A DNA stretch of 64,000 bases from Pyrinomonadaceae bacterium (GCA_030841105.1 JAVEDE010000012.1:7079-71078); one strand, 5' to 3'. Numbered from the stretch's first letter, positions 19,042 through 28,165 are shown. Notes: generated from the sequence alone by a model not told the origin. Made by a program: numbers and translations.

Positions 19042-19076
19042 TTTTCCACAGACTTTTCCACAGATTCTGTGGAAAA
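19042..19076. promoter_or_regulatory. Cluster of three perfect TTTTCCACA (DnaA-box-like) 9-mers
   Basis: ttttccaca at 19042-19050 and 19054-19062, and inverted tgtggaaaa at 19068-19076. All fit TTWTNCACA. Confidence 0.45.
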
Positions 19077-19204
19077 GTTGCCGGAATCATTTCGGAGTGT
19101 GAATTTCGGATCGCGGCTTCGTGATTGCGAAGTCCCTATCAAAGAATCACGCCTTTAATCAGCGCTCCGCACCACGCAGTCCACAAGCCGCATTTCGCAA
19201 TCCG

Positions 19205-21910
19205 TCAGCCCTCGTCGCGCAGTTGGTCGTCCCAGTGTGTGATGGTTTCGTAGGCGCGTCCCGTGATCGGGCGCGGGCGCGCGCCGTCGGCTTGGCCGAT
19301 GTAGCCCTCGCGCTCCATCGCGTCGAGGATGGCGGCGGCGCGGCCGTAGCCGATGCGCAGGCGTCGTTGGAGGACGGAAGTGGAAGCGCGCTTCATCTCC
19401 ACGCAAATGCGCAGGGCTTGCTCGAACAGTTCGTCGCGCTCGCCGCCCGCGCCATTCCCGCCGCCCGACTCTTCCTCCGATTGCGTGATCGTCTCATCGT
19501 AGAGCGGTTCGCCCTGCCCCTTGATGTGCGAGACGATGCGGCCGACTTCCGACTCGTCCAGATACGCGCCGTGGACGCGGATGAGCCGCGACGTTCCGGG
19601 CGGGAGGAACAGCATGTCGCCGCGCCCCAAGAGTTGCTCCGCGCCGTTGGCGTCAATGATCGTGCGCGAGTCAACTTTGGACGACGTGCGCAGGGCGATG
19701 CGCGAAGGGAAGTTGGCTTTGATGAGTCCGGTGATCACGTCAACGCTGGGTCGTTGCGTGGCGAGGACGAGATGGATGCCGACGGCGCGCGCCATCTGCG
19801 CGAGACGCGTGATGGCCTCTTCCACGTCGTGCCCGGCGGTCATCATCAGGTCTGCGAGTTCGTCCACGATGATGACGATGTAGGGCAGCGTCTTCCAAGG
19901 CTGCCCGTCGTCGTCGAAGTCTTCGACCATGTTGCGGCGCATGACTTCAACGTTGAAACCGTCAATGTTGCGCACGCCCCACTTGGCGAGTTCCTTGTAG
20001 CGCGCCTCCATCTGCGCGACCGCCCACTTCAAGGCGTTCGCGGCGCGCTTCGGGTCGGTGATGATCGGCGTCGCCAGATGCGGGATGTCTGCGTAGAGGC
20101 CGAGTTCGAGACGCTTCGGATCGATCATGATGAATTTGACTTCATCCGGGCGCGCCTTGTAGAGGATCGAGACGACGAGCGAGTTCAGACAGACGGACTT
20201 GCCCGTCCCCGTAGCTCCCGCGATCAAGAGGTGCGGCATGCGCGCGAGATCGGCGACGTAGTTTAAGCCGTCAATCGTCTTGCCGAGAGCGAGCGTTAGT
20301 TTGGAGTTCGATTCTTTGAAGTGGCGCGATTCGATCACCTCGCGGAGCATGATGTTGTCGCGCTGGTGATTGGGCACTTCGATGCCGACGTGCGCCTTGC
20401 CGGGCACGCGGTCAATGCGTATGGACTCGGCCTTCAAGGCGAGGCAGAGGTCGTCAACCAGTCCGGTGACGCGCGAATACTTGACGCCGGGGTCGGGTTT
20501 GAATTCGTAGGTCGTGACGACGGGGCCGGGGCAGATGTATTCGATCTTGCCCGTCACATTGAACTCCTTGCACTTCTCGGCGACGCGCGTGGCGAGATTG
20601 CGGAGTTCCTCGTCGGCCTGCTCGTGGCGCGGCGGCGGCGAGTTCAGGTAATCAAGGCTCGGCATGTTGTAACCGCTCATCGCCTCTGCATACTTCTCGG
20701 CGCGGCGGGCTTCGCGCGCGGCCTTGTCTTCCTTTTGCACGACCGGAGCGACTTCCTCTTCCGTGATCTCCGTGCGCACGACTTCGACGGAGGCGACCAT
20801 CCCCGCCAACTCTTCGTCGTCTTCTTCGACGAAGGCGTCCGGCGAGAAGTTCTTGCTGCTGCTAGTCTTCGCAGTCGTCTTGCGGACTGACGCGCCGCCG
20901 TTCGGCTGTGCGTTCGACTGCTGCGCGGAGGCATCGCCCGACACGAGCGCGCTGCCCAAACCGGCAAACTCCTCGAAGGCTTCGTCCAGATCGTCCTGCA
21001 TCGTCGTCGGCTGCGTCGCGCCCGCTTCGGCCGCGGCGTTGGCGGAGCGTTGGATGGCGACGTTGGCCGACGTGGCCTGCTGTGTGGTAGTCGTCGTGAC
21101 GTTGGAAGTCGCGGGCGCGTCCGTGTCGCGCATGAACTCGGCGACGCGTTCGGCGGCGGTCTTCTTCTCGCGCAGACGCTTCTCTTCAGCGGCGGCCTCT
21201 TCGTGGGCGGCGCGCGCGGCGCGTCTCTGTTCGGCGCGGCGGGCGGCCAACTCGCGCCGCTCCGTGCGCCACGACTGGAAGCGCGTCGAGAGCGACGAGA
21301 GGAAGGTTGAAGGATGACCGAAGGCGTCAACGGCGCGTTCGTAGGCGCGCGCGAAGGAGAAGTTGGTGGCGAGCAGCAGCCCGGTGGCGGCGAGCGCGAG
21401 CAGCAGCACGAGTGCGCCGACTCTGTTCAACGCGCCCGCGAGGTTGCCCCCGACGAACGCACCGATGAAACCGCCCGCGCGCACGCTCTGGTCAAAGAGT
21501 AGCGGCAGGTTGACGATGGCGAGAATGGCCGAAGTCGAAACCAGGAGCAGAACGAGTCCACCGACGAGTGAGACGGGCGCGTGGATGCGCCGCGTGCGAA
21601 AGCGATACCCCGCTGCTATGAAGAGCAGCAGCGGCAACAGGTACGAGGAGAGGCCGACCGATTGCAGCATGAAGGCGGCGACGTATGCGCCGACGGGGCC
21701 GACGAGGTTGCGCGTCTCCTCCTGCCCGGCGGAGTTCCAAGACGGATCGTTCGGGTTGAAGAAGACGAGGCAGAGCGTGAGCATCAGGCCGAGCGCGAAG
21801 AGCGCGATGGCGACGATCTCGTTGCGCCGCGAGTTGCGCTGCGGCGATTGCAGCGGCAGTGGCTGCGTCCGCGTATCCGTCTGTGTTGTTGCCATAGCTT
21901 TTAGTTTCAA
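19205..21910 (-). CDS. ftsK: DNA translocase FtsK
   Basis: N-terminal TM helices and a low-complexity linker. Walker A GATGTGKS and LATQRPSVDVITG. C-terminal gamma winged helix (SVLQRRLRIGYGRAAAILDAME). Confidence 0.95.
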   Translation of the reverse strand: MKLKAMATTQTDTRTQPLPLQSPQRNSRRNEIVAIALFALGLMLTLCLVFFNPNDPSWNSAGQEETRNLVGPVGAYVAAFMLQSVGLSSYLLPLLLFIAAGYRFRTRRIHAPVSLVGGLVLLLVSTSAILAIVNLPLLFDQSVRAGGFIGAFVGGNLAGALNRVGALVLLLALAATGLLLATNFSFARAYERAVDAFGHPSTFLSSLSTRFQSWRTERRELAARRAEQRRAARAAHEEAAAEEKRLREKKTAAERVAEFMRDTDAPATSNVTTTTTQQATSANVAIQRSANAAAEAGATQPTTMQDDLDEAFEEFAGLGSALVSGDASAQQSNAQPNGGASVRKTTAKTSSSKNFSPDAFVEEDDEELAGMVASVEVVRTEITEEEVAPVVQKEDKAAREARRAEKYAEAMSGYNMPSLDYLNSPPPRHEQADEELRNLATRVAEKCKEFNVTGKIEYICPGPVVTTYEFKPDPGVKYSRVTGLVDDLCLALKAESIRIDRVPGKAHVGIEVPNHQRDNIMLREVIESRHFKESNSKLTLALGKTIDGLNYVADLARMPHLLIAGATGTGKSVCLNSLVVSILYKARPDEVKFIMIDPKRLELGLYADIPHLATPIITDPKRAANALKWAVAQMEARYKELAKWGVRNIDGFNVEVMRRNMVEDFDDDGQPWKTLPYIVIIVDELADLMMTAGHDVEEAITRLAQMARAVGIHLVLATQRPSVDVITGLIKANFPSRIALRTSSKVDSRTIIDANGAEQLLGRGDMLFLPPGTSRLIRVHGAYLDESEVGRIVSHIKGQGEPLYDETITQSEEESGGGNGAGGERDELFEQALRICVEMKRASTSVLQRRLRIGYGRAAAILDAMEREGYIGQADGARPRPITGRAYETITHWDDQLRDEG

Positions 21911-21985
21911 GTTACAGGTTTCGAGTTTCAGGACTGACGGGTTTTTCGTTCTTCAACTTCAAACCTGCAATCCGAAACTCGGAAC
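21902..21985. repeat. Imperfect heptad inverted repeat (AGTTTCA / GAAAC-type) between the prfB stop and the ftsK start
   Basis: agtttca agttaca ggtttcg agtttca ... cttcaac ttcaaac ctgcaat ccgaaac tcggaac. cgagtttcagg pairs with ccgaaactcg. Confidence 0.7.
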
Positions 21986-21997
21986 TCTCCGTCCCGT

Positions 21998-23114
21998 TTA
22001 TGCCGCGCGGCGCGACAGGAGGTAAGCCTTGATGAAGTCGTCCAGATCGCCCGCGAGCACCGAGTCCACGTCGCCGCGTTCCAACTTCGTGCGCGCGTCT
22101 TTGACCAGACGGTAGGGCGCGAGCACGTAGTTTCTGATCTGCGAGCCGAAGGAGATGTCGGCCTTGTTCGCTTCGAGCGCGGCGGTTTCGGCCTGCCGCT
22201 TTGCCAGTTCGAGTTCGTAGAGCCGCGAGCGCAAGACCTGCATGGCGACGGCGCGGTTCTGGTGTTGCGAGCGTTGGTTCTGACACTGGACGACGATGTT
22301 GGTCGGCAGATGCGTGATGCGCACGGCCGAATCCGTCGTGTTGATGTGCTGGCCGCCCGCGCCGGTCGCGCGGTAAGTGTCAACGCGCAAGTCTTTCTCC
22401 TGAATCTCCACCTTGATGTTCTCGTCAACTTCCGGGTAGACGAAGAGCGACGCGAAACTGGTGTGACGCCGCGCCGCCTGATCGAAGGGCGAGATACGCA
22501 CCAGCCGGTGTACGCCCGCCTCGGCCGCGAGCAGCCCGTAGGCGTACTCGCCTTCGACGCGAAACGTGACGCCCTTGATCCCCGCCTCTTCGCCCGGCTG
22601 GTAGTCAATGATCTCTGTCTTGAACGCGCGCCGCTCCGCCCATTTCAGGTACATGCGCAGGAGCATCTCAGCCCAGTCCTGCGATTCCGTGCCGCCCGCG
22701 CCGGGGTGGACGGTGCAGATGGCGTTGCGCGCGTCGTTCTCGCCCGCGAGCAGCATCTCTGTCTCGGCCTCGCCGATCTCGCGTTCGAGGCGTTCGACGA
22801 GCGCGCGCAGTTCGCCCAAACTCTCTGCGTCCTCGCCGCCTTCCGTGAATTCAAAGAGCACGCCCGCGTCCTCGACCGCCGACTCGAAACTTTGCTGGCG
22901 ATTGATGACGCGTTCCAGACGGCTGCGCTGCTGCAACGCCCGCTGCGCCTCCTCCTGATCGTTCCAGAAGTCCTGCGCCGAAGCCTGCGCCTCGATGCGC
23001 TTCAACTCGTCCTGCTTCGCCGCGACATCAAAGAAACCTCCCGAGTTGCTCGACGCGCCCGCGCAGATCGTCGTAACTGCTCCGCAACTCTTGAACTGTT
23101 AAAGTCTCTAACAT
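21998..23114 (-). CDS. prfB: Peptide chain release factor 2, programmed +1 frameshift
   Basis: Frame 0 runs from ATG 23114 (MLETLTVQELRSSYDDLRGRVEQLGRFL) to TGA at 23030-23028. The +1 frame continues as DVAAKQDELKRIEAQ... The SPF (RISPFD) and GGQ (GAGGQHIN) motifs are present. The GGAGG RBS is at 23124-23120. Confidence 0.9.
23027..23042 (-). promoter_or_regulatory. prfB +1 frameshift site (SD-like GGGAGG, then CTT TGA T)
   Basis: The minus-strand sequence is ctc GGG AGG ttt CTT TGA t. Confidence 0.85.
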
Positions 23115-23129
23115 TAAACCTCCAAAATC

Positions 23130-23152
23130 AGTGACAGGTGACAAGTGACGAG
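23130..23152. repeat. CTYGTCA heptad array in the prfB leader (sense orientation on the minus strand)
   Basis: The minus strand reads ctcgtca cttgtca cctgtca ctg, followed by attttggaggtttaATG. Confidence 0.85.
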
Positions 23153-23206
23153 TTAATAACCAGCAAGTCGTGAATGGATCAATACAAGGTTTTCTCTATT
23201 TACCCT

Positions 23207-24823
23207 TCACTGTTTACTTGCTCTCGTCCTTCTGATCGTCGTGGCGATCAGCAAAATACTAAGGGCGGCGCAGAGGGCGACGAAGAGGTCGCCGCGGCGC
23301 GTGTAAAAAGTTTTGCCGCCGGTCGCGCGCGTGATCGTCCACGTGCGGACGGCGGGTTGAAAGCTGCCGGTCGCGTCGCCGACCACGCCGCGCGGCGAGA
23401 TGCGCGCGCTGATGCCGGTGTTCGTCACGCGCAACACGTCGCGCCGGTTTTCGACGGCGCGGAAGACGGCGTTGGCGAGGTGCTGGCGCAAGACCGGCGT
23501 CTCGCCGAGATAGCCGTCGTTGGAGATGTTGATGAGCACGTCTGCGCCTGCGTCCGTGAACCGTCGGGCGATTGAGGGAAAGGCCGACTCGAAACAGATA
23601 AAGACTCCCGCGCGCGTCTCGTCGCCGACGGGCAGCAGCGTGTAGTTCGTGCCCGGCGTAAACTCGCCGACGATGCCGCTCACCAGCCACGCGGGCGGAA
23701 ACCAGCGCGGCAAAGGCACGTACTCGCCGAACGGCAACAGGCGAATCTTATCATACTGCGCGACGAGCCGCCCCGCTTCATTCACCAGCACGGCCGAGTT
23801 GTACGCGCCGCCCGCGGGCGCGGGTTCGAGCGAGTTGAAGAGCACGCTCGCACGCTCGCGCCGCGCGAAGTCGCCGACGAGCGCACGAAACTCCCGGTCG
23901 TTCGCGTAGGCGAAGTTCATCGGCGACTCCGGCCAGACGACGAGGCGCGGCACGGCGAGCATGGCGCTGTTCCGCGCCTCGCGCGCGGCGTAGTCTCGCA
24001 CGTCAATCCCTGCATACCACCCCGGCAAATCTTTCGATGCCACGTTCAACGCGCCGTGGCTCATCTCAAGGTGTTGACTGACGAGCGCGGCCGTCTCTTC
24101 CGGCGACCGCCCGAAGTTCACGGACACGTTCGGCTGAACCGCGATGACAACGGCGTCGGGCGGCCGGTTCAATGGCGGCGCGGCCTCGCCCCGCGCGCTC
24201 AGCCAGATCGTGAGCGCGACGGCGACGGAAGTTAATCCGGCAACTGCCAGCGAGCGCGCGTCCCGTTTGAAGTACAAGAGCGTGAGCGCCGCGTTGATCG
24301 CGAGGATGCAAAAGCCGACGGCGTAGACGCCGCCCCACGTCGCCGTTTGAATCAGCGCGGGGTGGAAGGCTTGCGAGTAGCCGACGGCGTTCCAGAGTTG
24401 TCCGGTCAGGCCGAGTCGCGCCCACTCCGAAGCCGCCCACAGCGGCGGCGCGGCGACGAGCGCGTAGATGCCCCGACGCGCGCAGAGATGCGCGAGGGTG
24501 AGCGCGAAGGTTGCGGGGAAGAGTCCGACGATGAGGACGACGGGGACGAGCAGCGCGTAGGCCAGCGGCAGCGGCAGCCCGCCGTAGTGAATCATCGAGT
24601 GCGTGAGCCACCAGCAAGAGCCGTAGAAAAAGAGCGCGCCCGCGAGCCAGCCGAGCATGAAGGCTTGACGCGCCCGCTCCACCCGCGCGACGGCGACGAG
24701 CAGAGGGACGAGGCCGACCCAGGCGAGCGGCCACAAGTCGAAATCCGGGAACGAGAGGATCAGTAGGAACGCCGAGAGCAGGGCGAGCACCGCGTGACCG
24801 CGCGCAGGGACGAAGGCGCGCAC
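23207..24823 (-). CDS. lnt: Apolipoprotein N-acyltransferase
   Basis: Multi-TM N-terminal half and a CN-hydrolase triad context (VVWPES, YDKIRLLPFGEYVP, VFICFES). The ORF extends to 25036, but that part is AT-rich and non-coding-like. GTG 24823 was chosen and the start is uncertain. Confidence 0.8.
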   Translation of the reverse strand: MRAFVPARGHAVLALLSAFLLILSFPDFDLWPLAWVGLVPLLVAVARVERARQAFMLGWLAGALFFYGSCWWLTHSMIHYGGLPLPLAYALLVPVVLIVGLFPATFALTLAHLCARRGIYALVAAPPLWAASEWARLGLTGQLWNAVGYSQAFHPALIQTATWGGVYAVGFCILAINAALTLLYFKRDARSLAVAGLTSVAVALTIWLSARGEAAPPLNRPPDAVVIAVQPNVSVNFGRSPEETAALVSQHLEMSHGALNVASKDLPGWYAGIDVRDYAAREARNSAMLAVPRLVVWPESPMNFAYANDREFRALVGDFARRERASVLFNSLEPAPAGGAYNSAVLVNEAGRLVAQYDKIRLLPFGEYVPLPRWFPPAWLVSGIVGEFTPGTNYTLLPVGDETRAGVFICFESAFPSIARRFTDAGADVLINISNDGYLGETPVLRQHLANAVFRAVENRRDVLRVTNTGISARISPRGVVGDATGSFQPAVRTWTITRATGGKTFYTRRGDLFVALCAALSILLIATTIRRTRASKQ

Positions 24824-25043
24824 GCCCGCGCGAAACTTCGCGCGCCGGACGCCCGCCGCTGTAGTCGCCGCCGGCGCATCGAGGGAAACAACCTTCTGCA
24901 CGCAGGCGAGTTTAACAGAGACGACGCGCGGCGGGCACACACGACGCGCGGGAAACTTTCGGCGTCCGCGAAAATATTTTTCCGCACACACAAATTGGTC
25001 GGGCGGGTGCGGCAAAACGTTTACCGTTTGCGGCAAAAGAGCG

Positions 25044-25074
25044 GAAATTTGTCACCGACTCAGTGACAAATTTT
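25044..25074. promoter_or_regulatory. Perfect 11-bp inverted repeat AAATTTGTCAC-N7-GTGACAAATTT
   Basis: Read directly. It lies in an AT-rich stretch upstream of lnt. Confidence 0.35.
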
Positions 25075-25189
25075 GTCGTCCTGACGCGTGACGACTCTGC
25101 CGCAAGAGTGCGGCGACTTACGGCAGCCGCCGCGGCAAAACGCCCGCTAGGAGCAATAAGCGGCGAAAAAAGAGCCTGTAAAAAGCAGG

Positions 25190-25216
25190 AGAACCCGGTC
25201 ACCTGACCGGGTTCTT
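25190..25216 (-). terminator. Hairpin agaacccggtca/tgaccgggttct, followed on the minus strand by a T-run
   Basis: The minus strand reads caagaacccggtcaggtgaccgggttctcctgcttttt. It lies downstream of the 25390-25656 ORF. Confidence 0.45.
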
Positions 25217-25389
25217 GAAAGATATGTTTTAAGGGGATTGCTCGGCGGGCGGCTGGAGTAGCGGCAGGCCACTCTCAGAGAAGTGAAGGCGGCGGGGTCA
25301 CGATTTAACTTCTTTCGTGCTTGCCACTTCTCCATTTAGCACGTCGCGTGCCACAAAAACATGAACCGGGTCGGGCGTTGATTTTAAGG

Positions 25390-25656
25390 TCAGCGGGAAG
25401 GGGCGACGGGGGAGTTCTGCGTCTGGTTGACTGTCGCCTGCGGGCGACTGTCGGGGGCGTCTTTGTCATCAGCCATCCAGCGGCCGAGCATGATGCCGAG
25501 GGCGAAGAAGACCGCGGCGATGACGAGCGCGGCGAGCAGCAGGACGGCCGGACGCCGCTCGTCGTGCTGAAACTCCGCAAAGGCCGAGTGGCGCACCGTC
25601 GTCTGAGCGGCAGCGCGTTCGTCGTGCGAAGTTGTCCTCTGCCGTTCGGGTGACAT
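25390..25656 (-). CDS. Small single-pass membrane protein, hypothetical
   Basis: 88 aa with high GC3 and one TM (PAVLLLAALVIAAVFFALGIMLG). No clear RBS. Confidence 0.5.
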   Translation of the reverse strand: MSPERQRTTSHDERAAAQTTVRHSAFAEFQHDERRPAVLLLAALVIAAVFFALGIMLGRWMADDKDAPDSRPQATVNQTQNSPVAPSR

Positions 25657-25728
25657 GGAAAAACTCGCGCGCTGGAAAGAAGAAGGAGGGGGGAACTCGA
25701 ACAGCGGAAGGGCTGAGACTTGAACGCC

Positions 25729-26142
25729 TCACGCGACGGCTTCAACTTCCAGCCAATGCCCGCGCGCGCCCACGACGCGCACCCGCCCGCCGCGCGCGAT
25801 TCTAACACCACTCCGCGAACGCGCGCGCCACAATTCGCCGTCCACCAGCACCGCCCCCTCCGGCTCCAAAGCCTCCGCCACGACGCCGACCCGCCCCTCG
25901 ACATGAAGCGGCCTCCCCGCGCTTTTCTGATGACGCGACATCGCCGCCACCACCAACGCGATCAAGCACACGACGAGCAAAAGCGCGCCGACTAGTAAAA
26001 GGACGAAAGCAGGCGGATGAAGGAAACTGAAAAGGGCTGAGGAATGAGTGGTAAGGGATAAGACAAAGGACTGAGAGCAGAGGGATGAGGGATGAATGAA
26101 AGCACTCAAGAGATTGAGGGCTTCACTTAATTCATCCTTCAT
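25729..26142 (-). CDS. NfeD family protein (membrane anchor plus C-terminal OB-fold)
   Basis: TM segment FVLLLVGALLLVVCLIALVVAA. C-terminal GRVGVVAEALEPEGAVLVDGELWRARS...VRVVGARGHWLEVE. The first ~35 codons lie in the heptad-repeat region. Confidence 0.7.
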   Translation of the reverse strand: MKDELSEALNLLSAFIHPSSLCSQSFVLSLTTHSSALFSFLHPPAFVLLLVGALLLVVCLIALVVAAMSRHQKSAGRPLHVEGRVGVVAEALEPEGAVLVDGELWRARSRSGVRIARGGRVRVVGARGHWLEVEAVA

Positions 26143-26165
26143 CCCTCCGCCCCCATCCCTTCAAC
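26081..26165. repeat. GGGATGA / TCATCCC-type heptad inverted repeat across the TPR-gene stop and the nfeD start
   Basis: agggatg agggatg aatgaa ... attcatc cttcatc cctccgc ccccatc ccttcaa. Confidence 0.8.
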
Positions 26166-27889
26166 TATCTCGCTCCCGTCTCCAACTGGCGGTAGAGGGC
26201 GATGGCTTCCTGATTGTTGGGGTCGAGTTGCATGGCGGTGCGCGCGTGGGTCTTGGCCTGCGCGAGGTCGCCGCGTTCGAGGAAGATGCGCCCGAGGAGA
26301 ATGTGCGCGTCAATCAACTTGGCCTCCCAGAAGATCGCCGTCTTCAACGAACTGATCGCGCGGACGAGATCGCCGCGCCGCTGGTAGATGCGGCCGATCA
26401 GCAGGTGCGCTTCGGCATTCATCGGCTCGATCATCAAGACTCGGTTGAGTTCCGAGAGCACGTCGTCGTCGCGCCCGGCCGTGTAGTCTGCGCGCGCCTT
26501 GACGAGCAAGTCCTGCGTGGTGACGTTGGCGGTGTCAACTGCCGGGAGCGGCGCTTGCGCCTTGACCGCTTCGGCGATGTCGAACTGCTGGTTGAGGCGC
26601 ACGGGAACGCCCGCAATCGCCTGCGTCTTCTGCCAGTCGGTCTGCATCTTCGCGTAGGTCGTCGGCAGGTAGCGACGCGCCTCGTTGTCGGCGGCCGTCG
26701 TCATCTCCGCTGTTGCGCCGGACTTCTCCAACGCCTTCGCGTAGAGGAAGCGCGCCTCGCCGTCGCGCGGGTTCAACATGATGACCGAGCGGAGTTGCTC
26801 TGCGGCGTCGGCGTGGCGGTTCGAGAGAAAGAGCGCGTAGGCGTAGTTGTAGATCACCGACGCGTCTTCGGGGTCGGACTCTTTGGCGCGTTCGAGAAAC
26901 GTCTGCGCCTGTTTGATCAAGCGGTCGCGCTCCTCCGTAGACTTCTCGGAGAGCGCGGCCTGCACGGAGAGCGCGCCCGCATTGTTGTAGATGCCCGTGA
27001 GCGGCATGTCGGAGGCGACGGGCAAGAGCGCGCCGAGCGCGGTCTTCAGATCATTCAGACGCCAGTAACTCAAGGCGGCGTAGAAGGAGGCTTCGGCAAA
27101 GTGCGGGTCGCCTTTTTGCAGGCGCGAGAAATGTTCGGCGGCCTTCTTCCAGTCTTCCTGTTTGAAGTAGAGGTTGCCGAGTTCAAACGCGGCTTGCGGG
27201 TAGCTCGCGCCCGCGTTGGTTTTCGCGTACTCCTTCATCGCGTTCTGCAAATAGTTGGAACGCTTCTCGCGGTCGTCCGTCATCACGCCCTTGACGTAAC
27301 TCTCGAAGGCGCGCGGCGGAATCTTCGTCGCGCGCTCGACGATCTCGTTGCGCGAATAGGCGAGCGTGGAGTCGCGCTGGTGAAGAATCTGGTAGGCGAG
27401 GATGCCCTGCATCTTCTGCAAGTTGACGAGCGCGTCGCCGAAAATGTAGGGCGGCCAGATTTGCCCCTCGTTGACGCGCACGACGCGCGCGCTGACGCGC
27501 ACCTCCGTCGGCGTCTTCCCGTCGGGCGGCGTCACCACGTCGTATGTGCCGATCACGGCGAGCGTCGCCTTGGCCTTCATCGCGACATTGATCGCGGTGG
27601 CGCGCGAGGGCGTGGCCGTCAGCGGCAGGCGCAGGCGTTGGAAGACCAACTCGCGCTCGTCGGTCGAGATAGTGCGCAGCCCGTACATCTGCAAGAGGTC
27701 GGTCAGCGAGTCTGCGAAGCTCGTCCCGATCCAGTGATACTCGCGCTGGCTGGTCGTGTTCTCGAACGGCATAACGATGATCACGTCGCCGTTCTGCGCC
27801 GTCTGCGCGAGCGCGCCCGAAGCGACGAGAAAAAGGAGCGCGAGCGCGCAGGTGAGCGAGGTCAAACTTCTCTTTAGCATGTCGTTCAT
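26165..27889 (-). CDS. Tetratricopeptide repeat protein, secreted
   Basis: Signal peptide MNDMLKRSLTSLTCALALLFLVASGALA and multiple TPR-like A/Y/L repeats through the C-terminal two thirds. Confidence 0.8.
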   Translation of the reverse strand: MNDMLKRSLTSLTCALALLFLVASGALAQTAQNGDVIIVMPFENTTSQREYHWIGTSFADSLTDLLQMYGLRTISTDERELVFQRLRLPLTATPSRATAINVAMKAKATLAVIGTYDVVTPPDGKTPTEVRVSARVVRVNEGQIWPPYIFGDALVNLQKMQGILAYQILHQRDSTLAYSRNEIVERATKIPPRAFESYVKGVMTDDREKRSNYLQNAMKEYAKTNAGASYPQAAFELGNLYFKQEDWKKAAEHFSRLQKGDPHFAEASFYAALSYWRLNDLKTALGALLPVASDMPLTGIYNNAGALSVQAALSEKSTEERDRLIKQAQTFLERAKESDPEDASVIYNYAYALFLSNRHADAAEQLRSVIMLNPRDGEARFLYAKALEKSGATAEMTTAADNEARRYLPTTYAKMQTDWQKTQAIAGVPVRLNQQFDIAEAVKAQAPLPAVDTANVTTQDLLVKARADYTAGRDDDVLSELNRVLMIEPMNAEAHLLIGRIYQRRGDLVRAISSLKTAIFWEAKLIDAHILLGRIFLERGDLAQAKTHARTAMQLDPNNQEAIALYRQLETGAR

Positions 27890-27997
27890 TCCTAACTCGT
27901 AAAAACGTCGAGGCCGTCGGCGCGGTGACTGAACAAGCACGGCGCGCGACGGCCTCGGAATCCAGCGAGCGGCGCGACCCGTCGCGCTCCGGCTCTG

Positions 27998-28048
27998 AAA
28001 GTGGCGTCCCGTACGGGAGTCGAACCCGTGTCGCCGCCGTGAAAGGGC
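27998..28048 (-). repeat. att direct repeat: displaced 3' fragment of tRNA-Glu (anticodon loop to CCA)
   Basis: Identical to 35597-35647. Upstream of 28048 the tRNA 5' half is missing, so this is not a functional tRNA. Confidence 0.9.
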
Positions 28049-28120
28049 TTTCGTCCTAATTGTTCCTACGAAAACCCTTCTAAATCGGCTACCGTAACTT
28101 TCAAAAGAACATTTTCACGC

Positions 28121-28144
28121 TTCAACGTGTCCTTCAACGTGTCC
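28121..28144 (+). promoter_or_regulatory. Tandem 12-mers TTCAACGTGTCC x2 (candidate integrase arm-type sites)
   Basis: A perfect tandem copy. A related pair, GTGAACGTGTCC TTGAAAGTGTCC, lies at 35527-35550 at the other island end in the same orientation. Confidence 0.4.
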
Positions 28145-28165
28145 ATGATAATGGAGACACGAGCG

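Noticed and set aside
19042-19076. The replication origin (oriC).
   Set aside because: Only three boxes are present and there is no adjacent AT-rich unwinding element or dnaA/dnaN. Local gene orientation converges rather than diverges.
18536-19204. A dif (XerCD) site at the convergent strand switch next to ftsK.
   Set aside because: I looked for an ATAA-N6-TTAT-type 28-mer here and in nearby AT-rich spacers and found no convincing match. A model-based search on the full replicon is needed.
25150-25230. A possible SRP (4.5S) RNA, suggested by GGTCAGGT..CCGG near a hairpin.
   Set aside because: The conserved GGAAGGAAGCAGC-type helix 8 motif is absent on both strands. Only a simple 12-bp hairpin is present, which is better explained as a terminator.
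28002-28048. A second tRNA-Glu gene.
   Set aside because: Only the 3' 47 nt (anticodon loop to CCA) are present. The D arm and the 5' acceptor strand are missing. It is the att duplicate of the island.
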